A DNA stretch of 64,000 nucleotides from Stylophora pistillata (GCF_002571385.2 NW_019217893.1:87204-151203); one strand, 5' to 3'. Numbered from the stretch's first letter, positions 33,570-47,300 are shown. Made by a program: numbers and translations. Notes: a model not told the origin generated them from the letters alone.

Positions 33570-36500
33570 ACCGACTGATATGCTTACTGACTGGTTGACT
33601 GACTGGTTGACTGACTGACTGACTGACTGGTTGATTGACCTCCTGACTCAATGCCTGACTGACTGGCTAACTAATTGGTTGACTGACTTTACATTTTACA
33701 TTTACATGTAAAATTTTACTTGCTGACTGACTCGTTACTGACTGTGTGACGAATCCGCGCTACAAAGGTGGGCGCCCTCTAGCACAGACAAAACACCAAG
33801 CACAAACGAACCCGAGAAGACACGCCACAACACAACTAAACGTAGGCCTACAAATATTTATTATCCTAGTTAAAACAATAAAGCAACCAACAATAACGAC
33901 AACACAATGAACTGAATTATTTATCTTAATTAATTTACAGAAATATGATAATTTAAACTACAGTACACTAAAACTATTTACAAGAGTCATTGCTATTAAG
34001 ATAAAAAAAGGTAGGTTTTTTTTAGTTCAGTTCCATTCACCTTCGCGTCCTGTGCTTGACATGTTCTTAACAACCCCGTTACACCAACAAACGACACATA
34101 ATCAAAACTCACGATTCACAAACCAATCTTCGCATTTAACAACCCAGACTCGCGTTTAACAAACCAAACTCAACTCGCGTTTAACGCAGCTAAACGTAGT
34201 AGTTTAACGTAACTTGGTCCTCGCCCATATTTTTCCTTCGCTCCTCTTGTCTTCACTGGCTTTCCCTTTGACAGAAGATAACCTTATCCTTTTCCTTCTT
34301 CTGCGTGTTTTTTTTTTCAGTCAGCCTCTCGGCACACGTACGCCCCCAGCAAATGAATTCTTTGTCGTGTGAAAGGACGAATTTTTCCTGAATGACTCTC
34401 AGTCAGTAAAACATTCCCCGATCCGAACGAGTCTCTGTAACTTTCCAACCATCGCCGCCGGTAACCCTCTCTCAAAAAAAAAAAAACCAACACAGGCCGT
34501 AACCACCCGAATCCTTAAATACATGTGGACGCAAGGTGCCAGAAAAGAATGAAGAAAACTATTTGATATATACAAAAAAGGTTAATTACACAACAGCTTA
34601 CACAAGTGAAGAATACAACTTGCGTAACAGACACAAATATCACGCACTACATTGATCCTAAGAGAAGAAAATAATTATTTACATATCCCTAGATAAATTC
34701 CTTAGCGCTTTCATGACAGACTGGCTGATTGACTATTTGACTGACTGAATAATGACTGGCTGGCTGACTGACTGGTTGACTGACTGGTTGATTGACAGGT
34801 TGACTCACTCGTTGACTGACTTGCTGACTGACTGACTAAATGGCTGACTACTTCTCTGATTGACTTATGACTGACTGGCTGACTGATTTTTTCAATGACA
34901 AACATCATGACTAATCGCCACCTGGCTGACTGACTGTTTCATTGCCTGGTTGATTAACTGTTTGACTGACTGACTTAACGGTGACTAACTAGTTGACTGA
35001 CTACTTTATGGACTTTTTGACTAACTAACCGACTGACTGACTGACTGACCGGTTAACTCACTGCTAGACTAGCCTGCTGACTGACTGAATAATTAACTGA
35101 CTTGCCAACTAACTGTCCGATTGACTGACTGACCGGTTTACCGACTAGTTGATTGACAAAGGGGCCAATTCACTGTAGAAGTGTTTGAATTTCCTCAAAT
35201 CAAATTGGGTCCAAGTAGAATCCGTCTTAAATCACTGAGTTGCCCCAAATCGCCCAACCGCCTCAAATGAACCACTCGGTTGCCATAACTCAACTGCCTT
35301 AATTAACGGAATCCGCTCCAGTGACCCAACCAGCTTAACTGAACTAGCTAGTTCAAATGACTGAGTGGCTCACTGACTGGTTAACTAACTGATTATTTTG
35401 CTGATTGATTGGCTGATCAACTATCTGACTGACGCACTTACCAGTCACCCAGCAAGTCGGTCCAACAGTCACTCAACCAGTCGTCATCCAATCAGTCGAC
35501 CAGTCAGTCTCCACACCAGTCAACCACTAGGTCCGTCCGTCAGTAAGCGGGTCAGTCAGTCACTCAACCACTCATTAGGCCAGTCAGTCAATAAGTTACT
35601 TAGTCAGCCCGTCAGTCAGTCAATGAAGCAGTCAGTCAGCTAGTCAGTGAACCAGTCAGTCAGAAAAACATTCAGTCAGAAAAACAGTCAGTCAACCACT
35701 TAGTCAACATGTCAGTGAGCCAGTCAGTCACCAGTAGTCGGTGAGTCACGAGTCATACAACTAGTCAGTCAGCAGGTCACTCAGTCACTCAACCAGTCAG
35801 CCAGTCAGTTAGCCAGTCAGTCAAGCAGTCAGTCACCCAATCAGTCGACCAGTCAGTCAACATACCAGTCAACGAGCCAGTCAGCAGGTCAGTCAGTCAG
35901 TCAACCAGTCAGTAAGCCAGTCAGTCTACCAATCAGTAAGTCAGTCAATTAACCAGCTAGTCACTATATCACTCAGCCACTTAGTGAACCAGTCAGTCTG
36001 AAGAAAAGTCAGTCAACCACTTAGTCAACATGTCAGCTAGCCAGTCAGGCACCAGTAGTCGTTGAGTCACCGTTGGAAAACTAGGAATGCCGGTATTCGG
36101 AACCGGAATACTTGGAATATCCGAATAAAATACAAAATAAAGTAAAGATTAAAATTAAAAGGAAAAAAATTAAAAACAGTTCTCTATATAAAAGGAAACT
36201 TTTCTATCCACCAGTCAGTCGAAGAAGAAGTCAGTCAACTACTTACTCGTCATGTCAGTCAGCGAGTCAGTCACCAATAGTCTATGAGTCATCAGTCAGT
36301 TACTCAGTCAACCAGTCAGATAGCCAGTCAGTCAATCCGTCAGTCAGTCGACAGGTCAGTCAGTGGGTCAACCAGTCAGCAGCCAGTCAGTTAGCCAGTC
36401 AGTCAACCAGTAGGTAAAACAATCTATCGACCAGTCAGTCACCACACCAGTCAACCAGTCAGTCACCGCACCAGTCAACCGGTCAGTCACCCCACCTGTC

Positions 36501-36800
36501 AACCAGTCAGTCAACCAGTCAATCAGCAGGTCAATCAATCAGTCAGTCAGCCAGTCAATTAGCAAGTCAGTCAGCTATTCAGCAAAATCAACCCGTCAGT
36601 CAGCAAAACAGTCAGGCAACCACTTAGTCACCATGTCAGACAGTCGGCAAGTCATCACTAAATCGGTGAGTCACAAGTCAGTTAGGAAGTCACCCACTCA
36701 GTTACCCGGTCTATTAGCCAGACAGTTAATCAGTCAGTGAACAGGTCAGTCAGTAAGTTAATAGTCGGTCAGCCAGTCAGTCAATCAGTCAGTCACCCGC
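33570..36800. repeat. Degenerate (GACT/CAGT)n tract with insertions
   Basis: GACT-rich to ~35430, then AGTC-rich; interrupted by unique sequence near 33745-34710. Confidence 0.85.
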
Positions 36801-37104
36801 TCGGACCAACACTTAGGGTCTTAAAGTAATTGAGAAGAATTTGCTACCTTTCTATGACATCAAGAAATGGTTAGATATTCTAGTCTTCTCGGATAGGGAC
36901 GAATAAATGGAGATCATGTCTCTTGCAGGGTTGGGGTAGGAGACGTTAATTTCCCACACACGAGATTACTGTGTGATGGATGTCCTCCCCTGGGGTGGGA
37001 TGGGTGGGTTAATAGAGGGCCACAGGATGATCAGCTTAACTACTGTCACGTGCTACCCTCTTGAAATAAAGTCTCTCTCTTAACAGTTAGCCCGTCAGTC
37101 AACC

Positions 37105-37420
37105 ATTGCATAACTTGCACCTATTGCAAAAAGATATACATCGGCGAAACAGGCAGAAGACCAGGTGACCGATTCCGAGAACACCTTCGAGACGTGGAAA
37201 AGAATGACAAGGACACATCGAAACCAGTCGCTAGACACTTTAATTTACCTAATCATTATAAGCAACATATGGCAATCTGCGGTCTTTCCTTAGGTAGCAC
37301 GGAAAGCCGTAAAACTCTTGAACAAAAGCTCATCTTTCAAACCGGCAGTCTAAATCCCACAGGGGTCAGCGAACGCTTTTCATTCCACTTCATTCCACTT
37401 CATTCATGAAGCAGTTCATT
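37105..37420 (+). mobile_element. Penelope-like element fragment (GIY-YIG endonuclease)
   Basis: CTYCKKIYIGETGRR.GDRFREH...PVARHFN...E..I......P.G. Confidence 0.8.
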
Positions 37421-39300
37421 TCATTCATGCTTCATGCTGCGGTATTCAACAAAGCGTGGTTTTGAACGTGGAATTTTGTTTTTGCGTACAACAAACACCA
37501 AGTCGTGGTCGCTCAAACCGAGGTGCAAATTGCCTGAAGCTACAAAGCGCTCATTGTTACTTGTCAGATTGACATCGAGAAGGCTCTTTGTTTTGTCAGT
37601 AACGCGTGTCGGTTTCGTGATTTTATTAGCAAGGCAAAATCGATCACAAAAGTCGACCAGGTTTCTGTTTGCAGTCCGNNNNNNNNNNNNNNNNNNNNNN
37701 NNNNNNNNNNNNNNNNNNNNNNNNNNNNNNNNNNNNNNNNNNNNNNNNNNNNNNNNNNNNNNNNNNNNNNNNNNNNNNNNNNNNNNNNNNNNNNNNNNNN
37801 NNNNNNNNNNNNNNNNNNNNNNNNNNNNNNNNNNNNNNNNNNNNNNNNNNNNNNNNNNNNNNNNNNNNNNNNNNNNNNNNNNNNNNNNNNNNNNNNNNNN
37901 NNNNNNNNNNNNNNNNNNNNNNNNNNNNNNNNNNNNNNNNNNNNNNNNNNNNNNNNNNNNNNNNNNNNNNNNNNNNNNNNNNNNNNNNNNNNNNNNNNNN
38001 NNNNNNNNNNNNNNNNNNNNNNNNNNNNNNNNNNNNNNNNNNNNNNNNNNNNNNNNNNNNNNNNNNNNNNNNNNNNNNNNNNNNNNNNNNNNNNNNNNNN
38101 NNNNNNNNNNNNNNNNNNNNNNNNNNNNNNNNNNNNNNNNNNNNNNNNNNNNNNNNNNNNNNNNNNNNNNNNNNNNNNNNNNNNNNNNNNNNNNNNNNNN
38201 NNNNNNNNNNNNNNNNNNNNNNNNNNNNNNNNNNNNNNNNNNNNNNNNNNNNNNNNNNNNNNNNNNNNNNNNNNNNNNNNNNNNNNNNNNNNNNNNNNNN
38301 NNNNNNNNNNNNNNNNNNNNNNNNNNNNNNNAATCACCGAGTAATAACAGCTCCTTCCTGGTGTTATACATTGTTTCTGCAGCGGAGGATAGTGAGGTCA
38401 TAAATTCCAGCTCATTGCATTTGCCTGGTGATCTATAACACGCACAAACAAGGAAACGACTGTTGTTATTGTCCTTGACATCCAAGCAGATTGATTCCAC
38501 TCCTTCAGGCTCTAACTTCGCTCTCCTGTACACTGACAAATCAGCTCTTATGTAGGCAATAAGACCACCTCCACCTTTTTTGCGATCTCTGCGAACAATC
38601 CGAAAACCTGGTTGGGCTAGGAGGAAAGTGGAAGTAGTAGCATCGATTTTAGTCTCAGCGATAAATAAAATGTCAAACATGTTCCTTCTGAGCATCTCTT
38701 TCGTTTCATCTATTTTGTTTATCAGGCTGTTGATATTTAAATAAGCAAAATTAAGATCGAACTTATAGTATTCCCTTATGTTGGCCTGGTACCAAGCGAG
38801 AGAATCTAACCCATCTTCGCTAACTTCGCTAAATGTAGACGAGTTGCAAGCTTCATCATCGAGAGGATCGAGTATAATTGGCGAAGCAGAGAGAACACTT
38901 GTATCCATAAGGTCTTCCGGAGCCAGTTGCAGAAGAGAACAGAGAGAACACACCCAGTCCAGATCCGGATGGTCTAAGTAATATTGGAAGCCGGTTCTAG
39001 ACAATTGGAGACACTTCGCATGAGACCTGTACAAGCATTGTGAACACAAGATGGCGTCTTCATTACTGCGTACCGCTTTACCACACTCTTTGCACGGGAC
39101 TTTCGGAACCGTAGACCTACGTGCAGGCCCGGGGTTGCAATGAATGTCTCCGCAGAGCGTCAGTAGACTTATTTGATAGCTACTTGAGCCATTGACAGAC
39201 TAAGGTAATGTTACATGTAGGTAGGAATTTCCACGATGCTTTCGATGTCGAGCATAGTTGACGATGCCTAAATTAACGGCCGAATAGCATCGAAGTAGTT
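37421..39300 (-). mobile_element. 5' part of a LINE ORF (PHD finger plus APE endonuclease), spans the assembly gap
   Basis: LCGDIHCNPGP, PHD Cys pattern, LNINSL, IAETKI, RRDRKKGGGG, YRSP, LGD, PTR, SDH. Confidence 0.85.
37679..38330. other. Assembly gap (N run)
   Basis: About 650 N. Confidence 1.
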
Positions 39301-39755
39301 GATTCCAGCCATAAATCTTCCCTCTACTGGCGCTTTGGTAGTTAACGGACAGGTGATGGTAAATATCACTGCTTGAGCATTGGTATGTCCATGCAGAGAG
39401 GCAAAGGAATATCAGCCATAGAAAAGCGTGACTGTCTGCCATCTTTGTACCGTAGTGAAAACCAAGCATAATCTATAAATGCCTTGGGGCTAGCCGTTGG
39501 GCCTAGGCATTTAGTCTGACAATCAGTCATTCAGCCAGTCACGAACCAGTCAGTAGCCAGTTGGTAAGTCAGTGAACCAATCAATGGCCCAGTCAGGCAA
39601 GCAGTCACTCAGCCAGTCAGGTACCAGTGAGTCAGTCGACCTGTCAGTCAGCCAGCTAGTCAACTGTCAGTCAGCCAGTCAGTCACCCGTCCGTCAGCAA
39701 GTCAGTTAACCAGTCAGATGGCCAGTCAGGTACCAGTATAGTACCCGATGGACCG

Positions 39756-40313
39756 ATGAGAGATTCTTCGGCTCAACCTCAGCCTAGTACCACGAAGAAG
39801 AAACCAGAAGACACAAAAGCTGTGGAGATTAAAACAATAGAAATCCCAGAACCTGGAGAAACTGTGGACAGCAGTGAAGGTAATTTCATCTTGGATACGA
39901 TTTTGCGTAATGTTCTCAACGATGCAAACGTCACGTATCCCTGCCCCATTCACAATACTCCGATGGAAGAGTTAAAAGCTAAAGATCCTACATCTTCAGC
40001 CGTGTATTTGCGATGTGTGGAACCTAACTGTCCCGTATTTACAAATCTAAATGATTATAGCGTGTATTTTTACGAGTGTAGAAAACAGGGGCATAAGTGG
40101 TAGACTCTAGATAGGATTCATACTATGAAATGCGAATGCGGTGTAGCCCCTTCGCTAAACCTGTCAAAATCGGAGCACAATTTTCACAAAATGTATTTGA
40201 GATGTAGAGAAAATGTGTGCGGTCTGTTTGCATTTTGGAGATTTCATCCTAGAAAGAAAACCATTGAAATTTTAATGGATTGTAAAGAAAATGTAGGCTG
40301 GCAAGGCTTGTAA
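39756..40313 (+). pseudogene. zf-GRF-like protein (copy 2), internal stop
   Basis: Near-identical to 15356-15900. Confidence 0.6.
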
Positions 40314-40480
40314 GGCAATTTGTTACATTTTTGTCAGATGAAAGAGATGAAGAAGAGGAGACACATAACCGAACTTTTGTATGGGTAGCGCAATTGAACG
40401 GACCTAAGTGTAAAAGCCTTTCCATTAAAATCGACCGTTAGAAAGGGGTTTTTAAACCCTTTGTTTTCTTATATTTGTAG

Positions 40481-40720
40481 CATTCCTTTCCAAGGAGGAG
40501 ATTTTTGAAATAGCACGTCTGTATGGGATAGTGAAATTTAAGTTATTAGCGGAAAGACTTGGAGTGACCGCTAAAGCATTAGAATGTATCCAGTCAGATT
40601 TAGAAATGATGGAATACTATGCTGACAAATAAAAATAATGTGTGTGATGACTCGGTTGTCATTTTGTGTGTCGCCAGCATACGAGATGTGGACGTACTGT
40701 CATTATCGTTGCGTGGATTA
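40481..40720 (+). pseudogene. Death-domain-like ORF remnant
   Basis: FLSKEEIFEIARLYGIVKFKLLAERLGVTAKALECIQSD...RCGR; preceded by a T-rich TAG. Confidence 0.4.
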
Positions 40721-41014
40721 TTTATGCCAAAAAATCGAGCGTATGGTCGAATTTCCCCAAGACAAAGTACATTTTGCGTGGACACCCGAAGGAAACGAAT
40801 TGGAATTGTTTCGTTAGATCGTTCGCCCCGATTCTTATGATGTGTCGCAACGCATTTTCCATCTGATGTGTTTCATGAGAACGTATCGTGGTAGATATAG
40901 CTATAAGATATATCGCCAAATGTACGAAAGGTATTTGAGGTCCCCTTGGATACTCTACTCTTGTATAAAATTGTGGTGTCGCTTAGGACTGTTACGATTG
41001 TTTGAAAAGATAGG

Positions 41015-42052
41015 ATGGCTAAAAAAAGAATCCTGCCCGACTACGAAACCCCAGGTGTCGTAGGAAGTTTGGGAGATGTAGCCACATATGCGCGAGCAGC
41101 TAAAATACCCGTCAAACAAGCCCGGAAATTATTAGAAAAAAAACTCTCGTATACTTTACACAAACTCGTACGTCGACGTGGAATTAGTGCACCTGTAGTG
41201 GTGTTTAATATAGACGAACAATGGGTGGCCGATCTGATTGACGTGCAAACGTTAAAATCGCAAAACCGCGGGTACCGATATATTTTGGTGGTGGTGGATG
41301 TCTTATCGAAAAGGGCATGGGTCGAGCCGATCAAGAAAAAGACCGGAAAAACCGTGACGGAAGCGTTTAAGAAAATTGTGTCGCGAGCCGGTCAAATACC
41401 TTTTAGAATACAAACAGACCAAGGTAAAGAATTTTTCAATTCCACCATTCAAGCGTGGTGTCGTAAAAACGAGAATCATCATTTCGTCACGCGAGGAGAT
41501 TCGAAAGCCAGTATTGCCGAGCGATTTATTCGCACCTTCAAATCAAAATTGTATCGTTATTTTACGGCCAAAAATACTTTTAAATACGTGGATGTGATAC
41601 AAGATTTGGTCACGCAATATAGTTACACACCTCACAGGAGTATTGGCATGACTCCGTCGGATGTCACGGAAGACAATGTGTCAAAATTGTGGTCGTGTCT
41701 GTACGGGCCGCATACACGGTCGAAAGCTGTGTTTAAAAAGGAAGACAAAGTGCGTTTGCAAAAGAAATTTCGTCCGTTTAAAAATGGATATTTACCCGGA
41801 TGGACGGAGGAAGTGTTTGAAGTGTATAAAGTAGTGCCCGGTAGAGTGTCCACCTATAAAGTGCAAGAACTAGATGGAACGCCACTCAAAGGGCATTTTT
41901 ACGCACGAGATTTACAAAAAGTTCACGTGAATGAACAGACTTATTTTCGCGTGGAAAAAGTATTAAAGCGCGCCAAAGATCGGTTGTACGTCATATGGAA
42001 ACGATACCCGAGCAAATGCAATAGTTGGATAATGAAAAAAGATTTGAAATAG
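41015..42052 (+). CDS. Maverick retroviral-like (rve) integrase, intact ORF
   Basis: YTLHK; DDE triad in WVADLID, QTDQGKEF and AERFIRT; C-terminal chromo-like region. Confidence 0.93.
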   Translation: MAKKRILPDYETPGVVGSLGDVATYARAAKIPVKQARKLLEKKLSYTLHKLVRRRGISAPVVVFNIDEQWVADLIDVQTLKSQNRGYRYILVVVDVLSKRAWVEPIKKKTGKTVTEAFKKIVSRAGQIPFRIQTDQGKEFFNSTIQAWCRKNENHHFVTRGDSKASIAERFIRTFKSKLYRYFTAKNTFKYVDVIQDLVTQYSYTPHRSIGMTPSDVTEDNVSKLWSCLYGPHTRSKAVFKKEDKVRLQKKFRPFKNGYLPGWTEEVFEVYKVVPGRVSTYKVQELDGTPLKGHFYARDLQKVHVNEQTYFRVEKVLKRAKDRLYVIWKRYPSKCNSWIMKKDLK

Positions 42053-42055
42053 AGA

Positions 42056-42896
42056 ATGCGAGGAGGAAGTTTGAGAAGATTTCAAGTCTACGTACCCAGC
42101 AAACATCGCGGTCCTGTGCTTACAAACAAACAAGGAGGTGGGTCGGTGTGGCGATGCCAACAAGATTGGGTGAGTCCGCCGTTTTTTGGCGACTACCAAT
42201 CAATTCCTCAGCGAGGTAAAGGTTGGAAGACAGACATGGCCAAAACACTACTTAAAGAAAGGGGTCGTGGGCTAAAAAGAACATTGAGTGAACGTTCGTT
42301 AGGCGAAATACCGCGCGGTATTAAACGAGGCGTCAAGAAAGTCGTCAAGTGAGAAGTATCGAGACGAGTTCATAAAGGATTAGACGATATTTTTGGGTGA
42401 AAAAAAAAATGGTTGGCGTAAGTCATGTGCGTAAGGGGGACCCGTTCATTGGTGTGGGGTCATCGTTTCCTGCAGATCCCGTGATGACCGTGTTAAGAAA
42501 ATACCGCGTGACCAAGAAAAGGCGTCCCACACAAAAAGGAAAAGGTTGGAAGACAGACATGGCTAAAACGAGGATTCCGTAAAGCATTACGCACTAAATC
42601 ACTTCGCGAAGTTCTAAGAGTTATTAAAAGAGGTGCAAAGAAAGCCGTGAAAAAAGAAGTGTCTAGACGCATTCAGAATCGCCTGAATACTATTTTCGAT
42701 TAATAACATGAGGTTGCATAGGACAAGAGTGCAACCGGGCGATGCGAACATAGGAGTGGGAACTACTACGATACAACAACACTATAAGGTGGCTAGAAAA
42801 AGAAAAAGAAGGAGGGCCGTACAAAAAGGAGGTTATGTAGCGCTATATAAACGGGGCCGATGGAGTAAATCGCAGAGAAAGAGAAGAACGAGCTGA
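42056..42896 (+). pseudogene. Three basic core-like ORFs (copy 2; two disrupted)
   Basis: Orthologous to 13948-14810. Confidence 0.65.
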
Positions 42897-42906
42897 GTGT
42901 AGAAAC

Positions 42907-43338
42907 ATGTCGATGGTTCAAGGGGCAAGTGTAAATCCGGCACTTAATGTGTTTACCATACCTCCTACAGATTTGTCGGCGGTCAAATACAGATACGTCA
43001 AAGTATCACCTCAGACATCGAGTTTGACTCCTATAGAGGTATACGTAGAAAGACATCGGAATGCATCGATTTGAGTCGAGGTTTTATAGAAATCGATGCT
43101 GGATTTAAAACGGATGTGGACGGAAATTGGACTTTGCGAGCAAATAATGTGAAAGAGATGTTATGTCCGATCAATAATTTGGCGCACTCGTTGTTTAAAG
43201 AGATTAACGTAAAATGCAACGGTGTACTGTTAACGGAAAATGTCGACATGTATCATTACAAAGCCTACATTCAGACATTGCTGAATTACGATCGAATCGA
43301 TGGAGATACCATTCTAAGACCGCAGGGGTGGCGTAACG
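42907..43338 (+). pseudogene. Major capsid protein N-terminus (copy 2), truncated
   Basis: MSMVQGASVNPALNVF...RPQGWRN, then non-Maverick sequence. Confidence 0.85.
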
Positions 43339-44161
43339 GAAGCTGTGTATAGTGGATGGCAAGCTCCCCTATACACTGTAACTACAGTAATCGTAACCTC
43401 ACAACAGCACGATGATAAAGACGTATTTATTCGGTACGAATGATGTTGACGATATGTGGATTGAAAATTGAAACAATAAATGAATACGAAATTACAACAA
43501 TTGACTAATAAAAGTGACAAGAAAGAAATACACTGAACGAACTGAACAAACTTGAAATGACAATACTTACATTGTTACGATTTCTACGAAACTGCTGGAC
43601 GAATATAAACTGCCAAAAGGCGAAAATAAGATAAACTAGAGTAACTGCTCAAAGCGCACTACTGTATGACTAACGGTGACTAAACTCTGAACTTGAGAAA
43701 AACTAATTTATAGATGCGAAGACGACTAGCCAACTTAAAGTGCAATTAGCGCCTATATTACGAAAGAAACTAATTAACGAAGATGCGTGACATAGAAACA
43801 ACAGAAGCTAACTAACCAGCGAAAAAAATACTAACGAACGACGAGTAACAGCGACAACACAAAAGGACACCCTAATGATTGATTGAATGAGAAAAACGAA
43901 AAACAGAAAAAAAACATTCCGCACGCTAAGACCCTACACGAGGGTAGAGCACTGATAAACATTTGGAATTCTAATCCCATTCATGAAGGTCAACCTTGAA
44001 ACATATGGTAAAGCTCTAACCTGTTCTGCGAAGAAAGGGCTAAGGTTTTGATGTATTATTTTTTTGAAAATCAAAGGCTCAAAAATTAAAAGAATGGAAC
44101 TTGTACAGTGGGTTCCCTGTACGTCGAACCAAGACATATAAACGGTTAGAGGAGAAACGTA

Positions 44162-44381
44162 CCTGCTAGAAGTGAGCCTGTCATTATAGGAATTGAGAAT
44201 ACCAAATATAGAAAGCCGAGAGCTGATGACAGCTTGTTCCTGCCGACGATATCTCCAGTGACGATAGGAATCAAAGTCACAAACACTCCATCAAAAATCC
44301 CAAATAAAATTGTATATAGGATGAGTCCGCCATAATTTGTCGCCAGTGGACACAGCGTTGTTGTGACTGCCATTATTAGAA
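44162..44381 (-). other. Exon fragment of a host MFS transporter (SLC16/monocarboxylate-like)
   Basis: YTILFGIFDGVFVTLIPIVTGDIVG...SALGFLY..SIPIMTGSLLAG then GT donor; bounded by a single N at 44382. Confidence 0.65.
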
Positions 44382-47300
44382 NAAACAATAAATGAATACG
44401 AAATTACAACAATTGACTAATAAAAGTGACAAGAAAGAAATACACTGAACGAACTGAACAAACTTGAAATGACAATACTTACATTGTTACGATTTCTACG
44501 AAACTGCTGGACGAATATAAACTGCCAAAAGGCGAAAATAGATGAACTGGAGTAACTGCTCAAAGCGAACTACTGTATGACTAACGGAAGACTAAACTCT
44601 GAACTTGAAAAAACTAATTTATATATGCGAAAACGACTGACTAACTTAAAGTGCAATTAGCGCCTATATTACGAAAGAAACTAATTAACGAAGATACGTT
44701 ACATAGAAACAACAGAAGCTAACTAACGAGCGATAACCGGCGAAAAAAAATACTAACGAACGACGAGAAACAGCGACAACACAAAAGGACACCCTAATGA
44801 TTGATTGAATGAGAAAAACGAAAAAAAAAAACATTCCGCACGCTAAGACCCTACACGCCGGCCCCTAAGTGCTGAGTCTGCAAAGCACTTACACATCTAC
44901 TAATTTGAGTCTAAGCGAAAAACTCTTAACATACATGTTATTTATAAGAAAAACCTTATAACTTTCTCATCAATGTCTCTGGAATTGTAGTAACACGGAA
45001 AATTCTAAAACAGTGCTTTCATCATTGGACAATCTCTTATTCCTTTCTCTTTACCAATAACACAAGCTTGTCTACGGGACGCTCGAGAATGGAAGACTTG
45101 ACGTTGACCTTCACTTTCCGGACGAATCCTTTTTTATCCGGAAAGACCTCCTGAACTCTTCCGAGTGGCCTGGAATTCCGACTGGTGTTCTCAGCAGAAA
45201 CTAAAACAACGTCTCCAACTTCGAGGTTTCTGCCTGGATATAGCCACTTCTGTCGACTCTGTAGCAACGGGAGGTACTCTTTAGACCATCTCTTCCAGAA
45301 TATATCGGACAGATATTGGATTTGACGCCATCTCCGCTGAGAGAACAGATCTTCCTTTTGGAAAACGCCTTGGGGCATGGGGGAATCAGATTTGAGCAAA
45401 AGCAGATGACTCGGCGTGAGAGGCTCTAGGTCTCTGGGGTCGTTGGAGACCACAGTGATAGGGCGGCTGTTTAAAATACTCTCCACCTCACACATAAGGG
45501 TGCTAAGACCTTCATCGCCTGTTGTTTGCTCCTGGAGAAGGGCGCGAAGGATTCTTCTAACTGAGCGAATGCTTCGCTCCCAAATGCCTCAGTGGTGTGA
45601 GCCGCACGGGGGATTGAAATTCCATTTGACGTTTCTTTGTAACATCTCATCTGAAATCTTGTCCTGGTTCCAGGCCTGGATCGACTCACTTAGCTCACGC
45701 TCTCCGCTTGTAAAGTTTGACCCGTTGTCCGAGCGTATCTCTTTAACCTGGCCTTTTCTTGGGATGAATCCTCTAAGTGCGAGCAGGAATGAGTCGGTGT
45801 CGAGGCTATGGGCCACTTCAATACGAACCGCGCGAACTGTTAGGCATGTAAAGATAACACCAAATCTTTTAACGAGGCTTCTGGAACGGCGCACTTGAAA
45901 GGGGCCAAAACAGTCCACTCCAACTGTCGTGAATGGTGGCTTGTCGGGAACCAAGCGATCGTTCGGCAGATCAGCCATTTTCAGCTGGCAAAAGGGTGCT
46001 TCTTGCCGGCGACAGCTATAGCAACTCGTCAGGACTCTTCCCACCATGGAATTTCCTTGGATAATCCAGTATTTCTGGCGTATCATACTCAACACATGTC
46101 TTCCTAAATGACCTGAAAGCTTGTGAAAATAGTCGATGGTAAGGCTTGAGACGTGGTTCTTTTTGGCCAGGATTAATTGATGCATTGCGTTATACGAGAA
46201 GCGAGCACGAGCCAATCTTCCGCCCACGCGCAACAAACCGTCCTCCAAGATCGGGTCCAGTTTGAAAAGGCAACTGCTACGTTTGACGCGTTTGCTACCG
46301 CTGAATTTATTGAGCTCATTAAACTCCTCGGGGAAGGCTTCTTGCTGGACATTTTTCAGAGTTGCTTTCTCGGCATTTTCCATTTCTTCAAGAGTAATTG
46401 GTGAATGTTTCTCTTGTAAGGTCTTCGGCTGAGCGCTCCCTTTTCTACTCTTAGCCGCCATCAGGAGATTGTTTCGATAGCGCAAGATCCAAGCAAACGA
46501 CTTCTTCAAGGGATACCAGCAAGAGAACCTCTGGAAATAATCTGATAAAATTGGCAAGACCACCACTGCTGCTGCTGCTGACAACTTCTCGTTGAACTCC
46601 ACCACTGGATTAGGTTTAACTTCCGGGTCTTCGTCCTGAATAGCAATTGAAGCACCAAGCTCTTTTATCCAGTGATGCATAGGATTCCATAGGAACTCTG
46701 GCCCCAATAGCCACTTCTCGCAGTTCAACAAAGAATCAGCTGATATTCCTCTCGAAGTGTGGTCACCAGGGTTCATGGTTCCCTCCACATGATACCATTG
46801 GTCGGGGGTTTGAGCCATCTCGTATTACCGCAATGCGATTAGCAACAAAAGTGTGAAAACGCCTGTTCTCGTTCTTCACGTAGCGAAGTACGGACATACT
46901 ATCGGTCCAAAAGACAGAAGGGTCGCTAATTGGCATTTCAATCTCTCTTTTAAGCATCTTGTCTTGACGGATGGATAGAATCGCAGCGGATAGCTCCAAA
47001 CGGGGAATAGAGACGGACTTCAAAGGAGCCAGGCGAGACTTTGCAAACAAGAAAGAACAGTGAACTCTCTCTTCCCCGTTAACCAAACGCAGATAAGAAA
47101 CTGATCCATACGCAACTTCCGACGCATCGGAGAAATGATGGAGTTGACTGGACAGCACGGGACCAAACTCCTCGGGTAGCACGCAGCGGTTGACGGAAAA
47201 CAATGAAAGCCTTGGGAGATCGTCCATCCAATTACGCCAACTTGAAGCGTATTCGGGCGGAAGTTCTTCGTCCCATCCTAGTTTGATGCGGCAAAGATTC

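Noticed and set aside
33745-34650. Solo LTR inside the microsatellite
   Set aside because: TG...CA ends are plausible, but I could not confirm a TSD or family.
34711-36417. Ser/Gln-rich ORFs
   Set aside because: These are translations of the (CAGT)n microsatellite.
37421-39049. 542-aa and overlapping long ORFs
   Set aside because: Lengths are inflated by the N gap; the true missing sequence is probably short.
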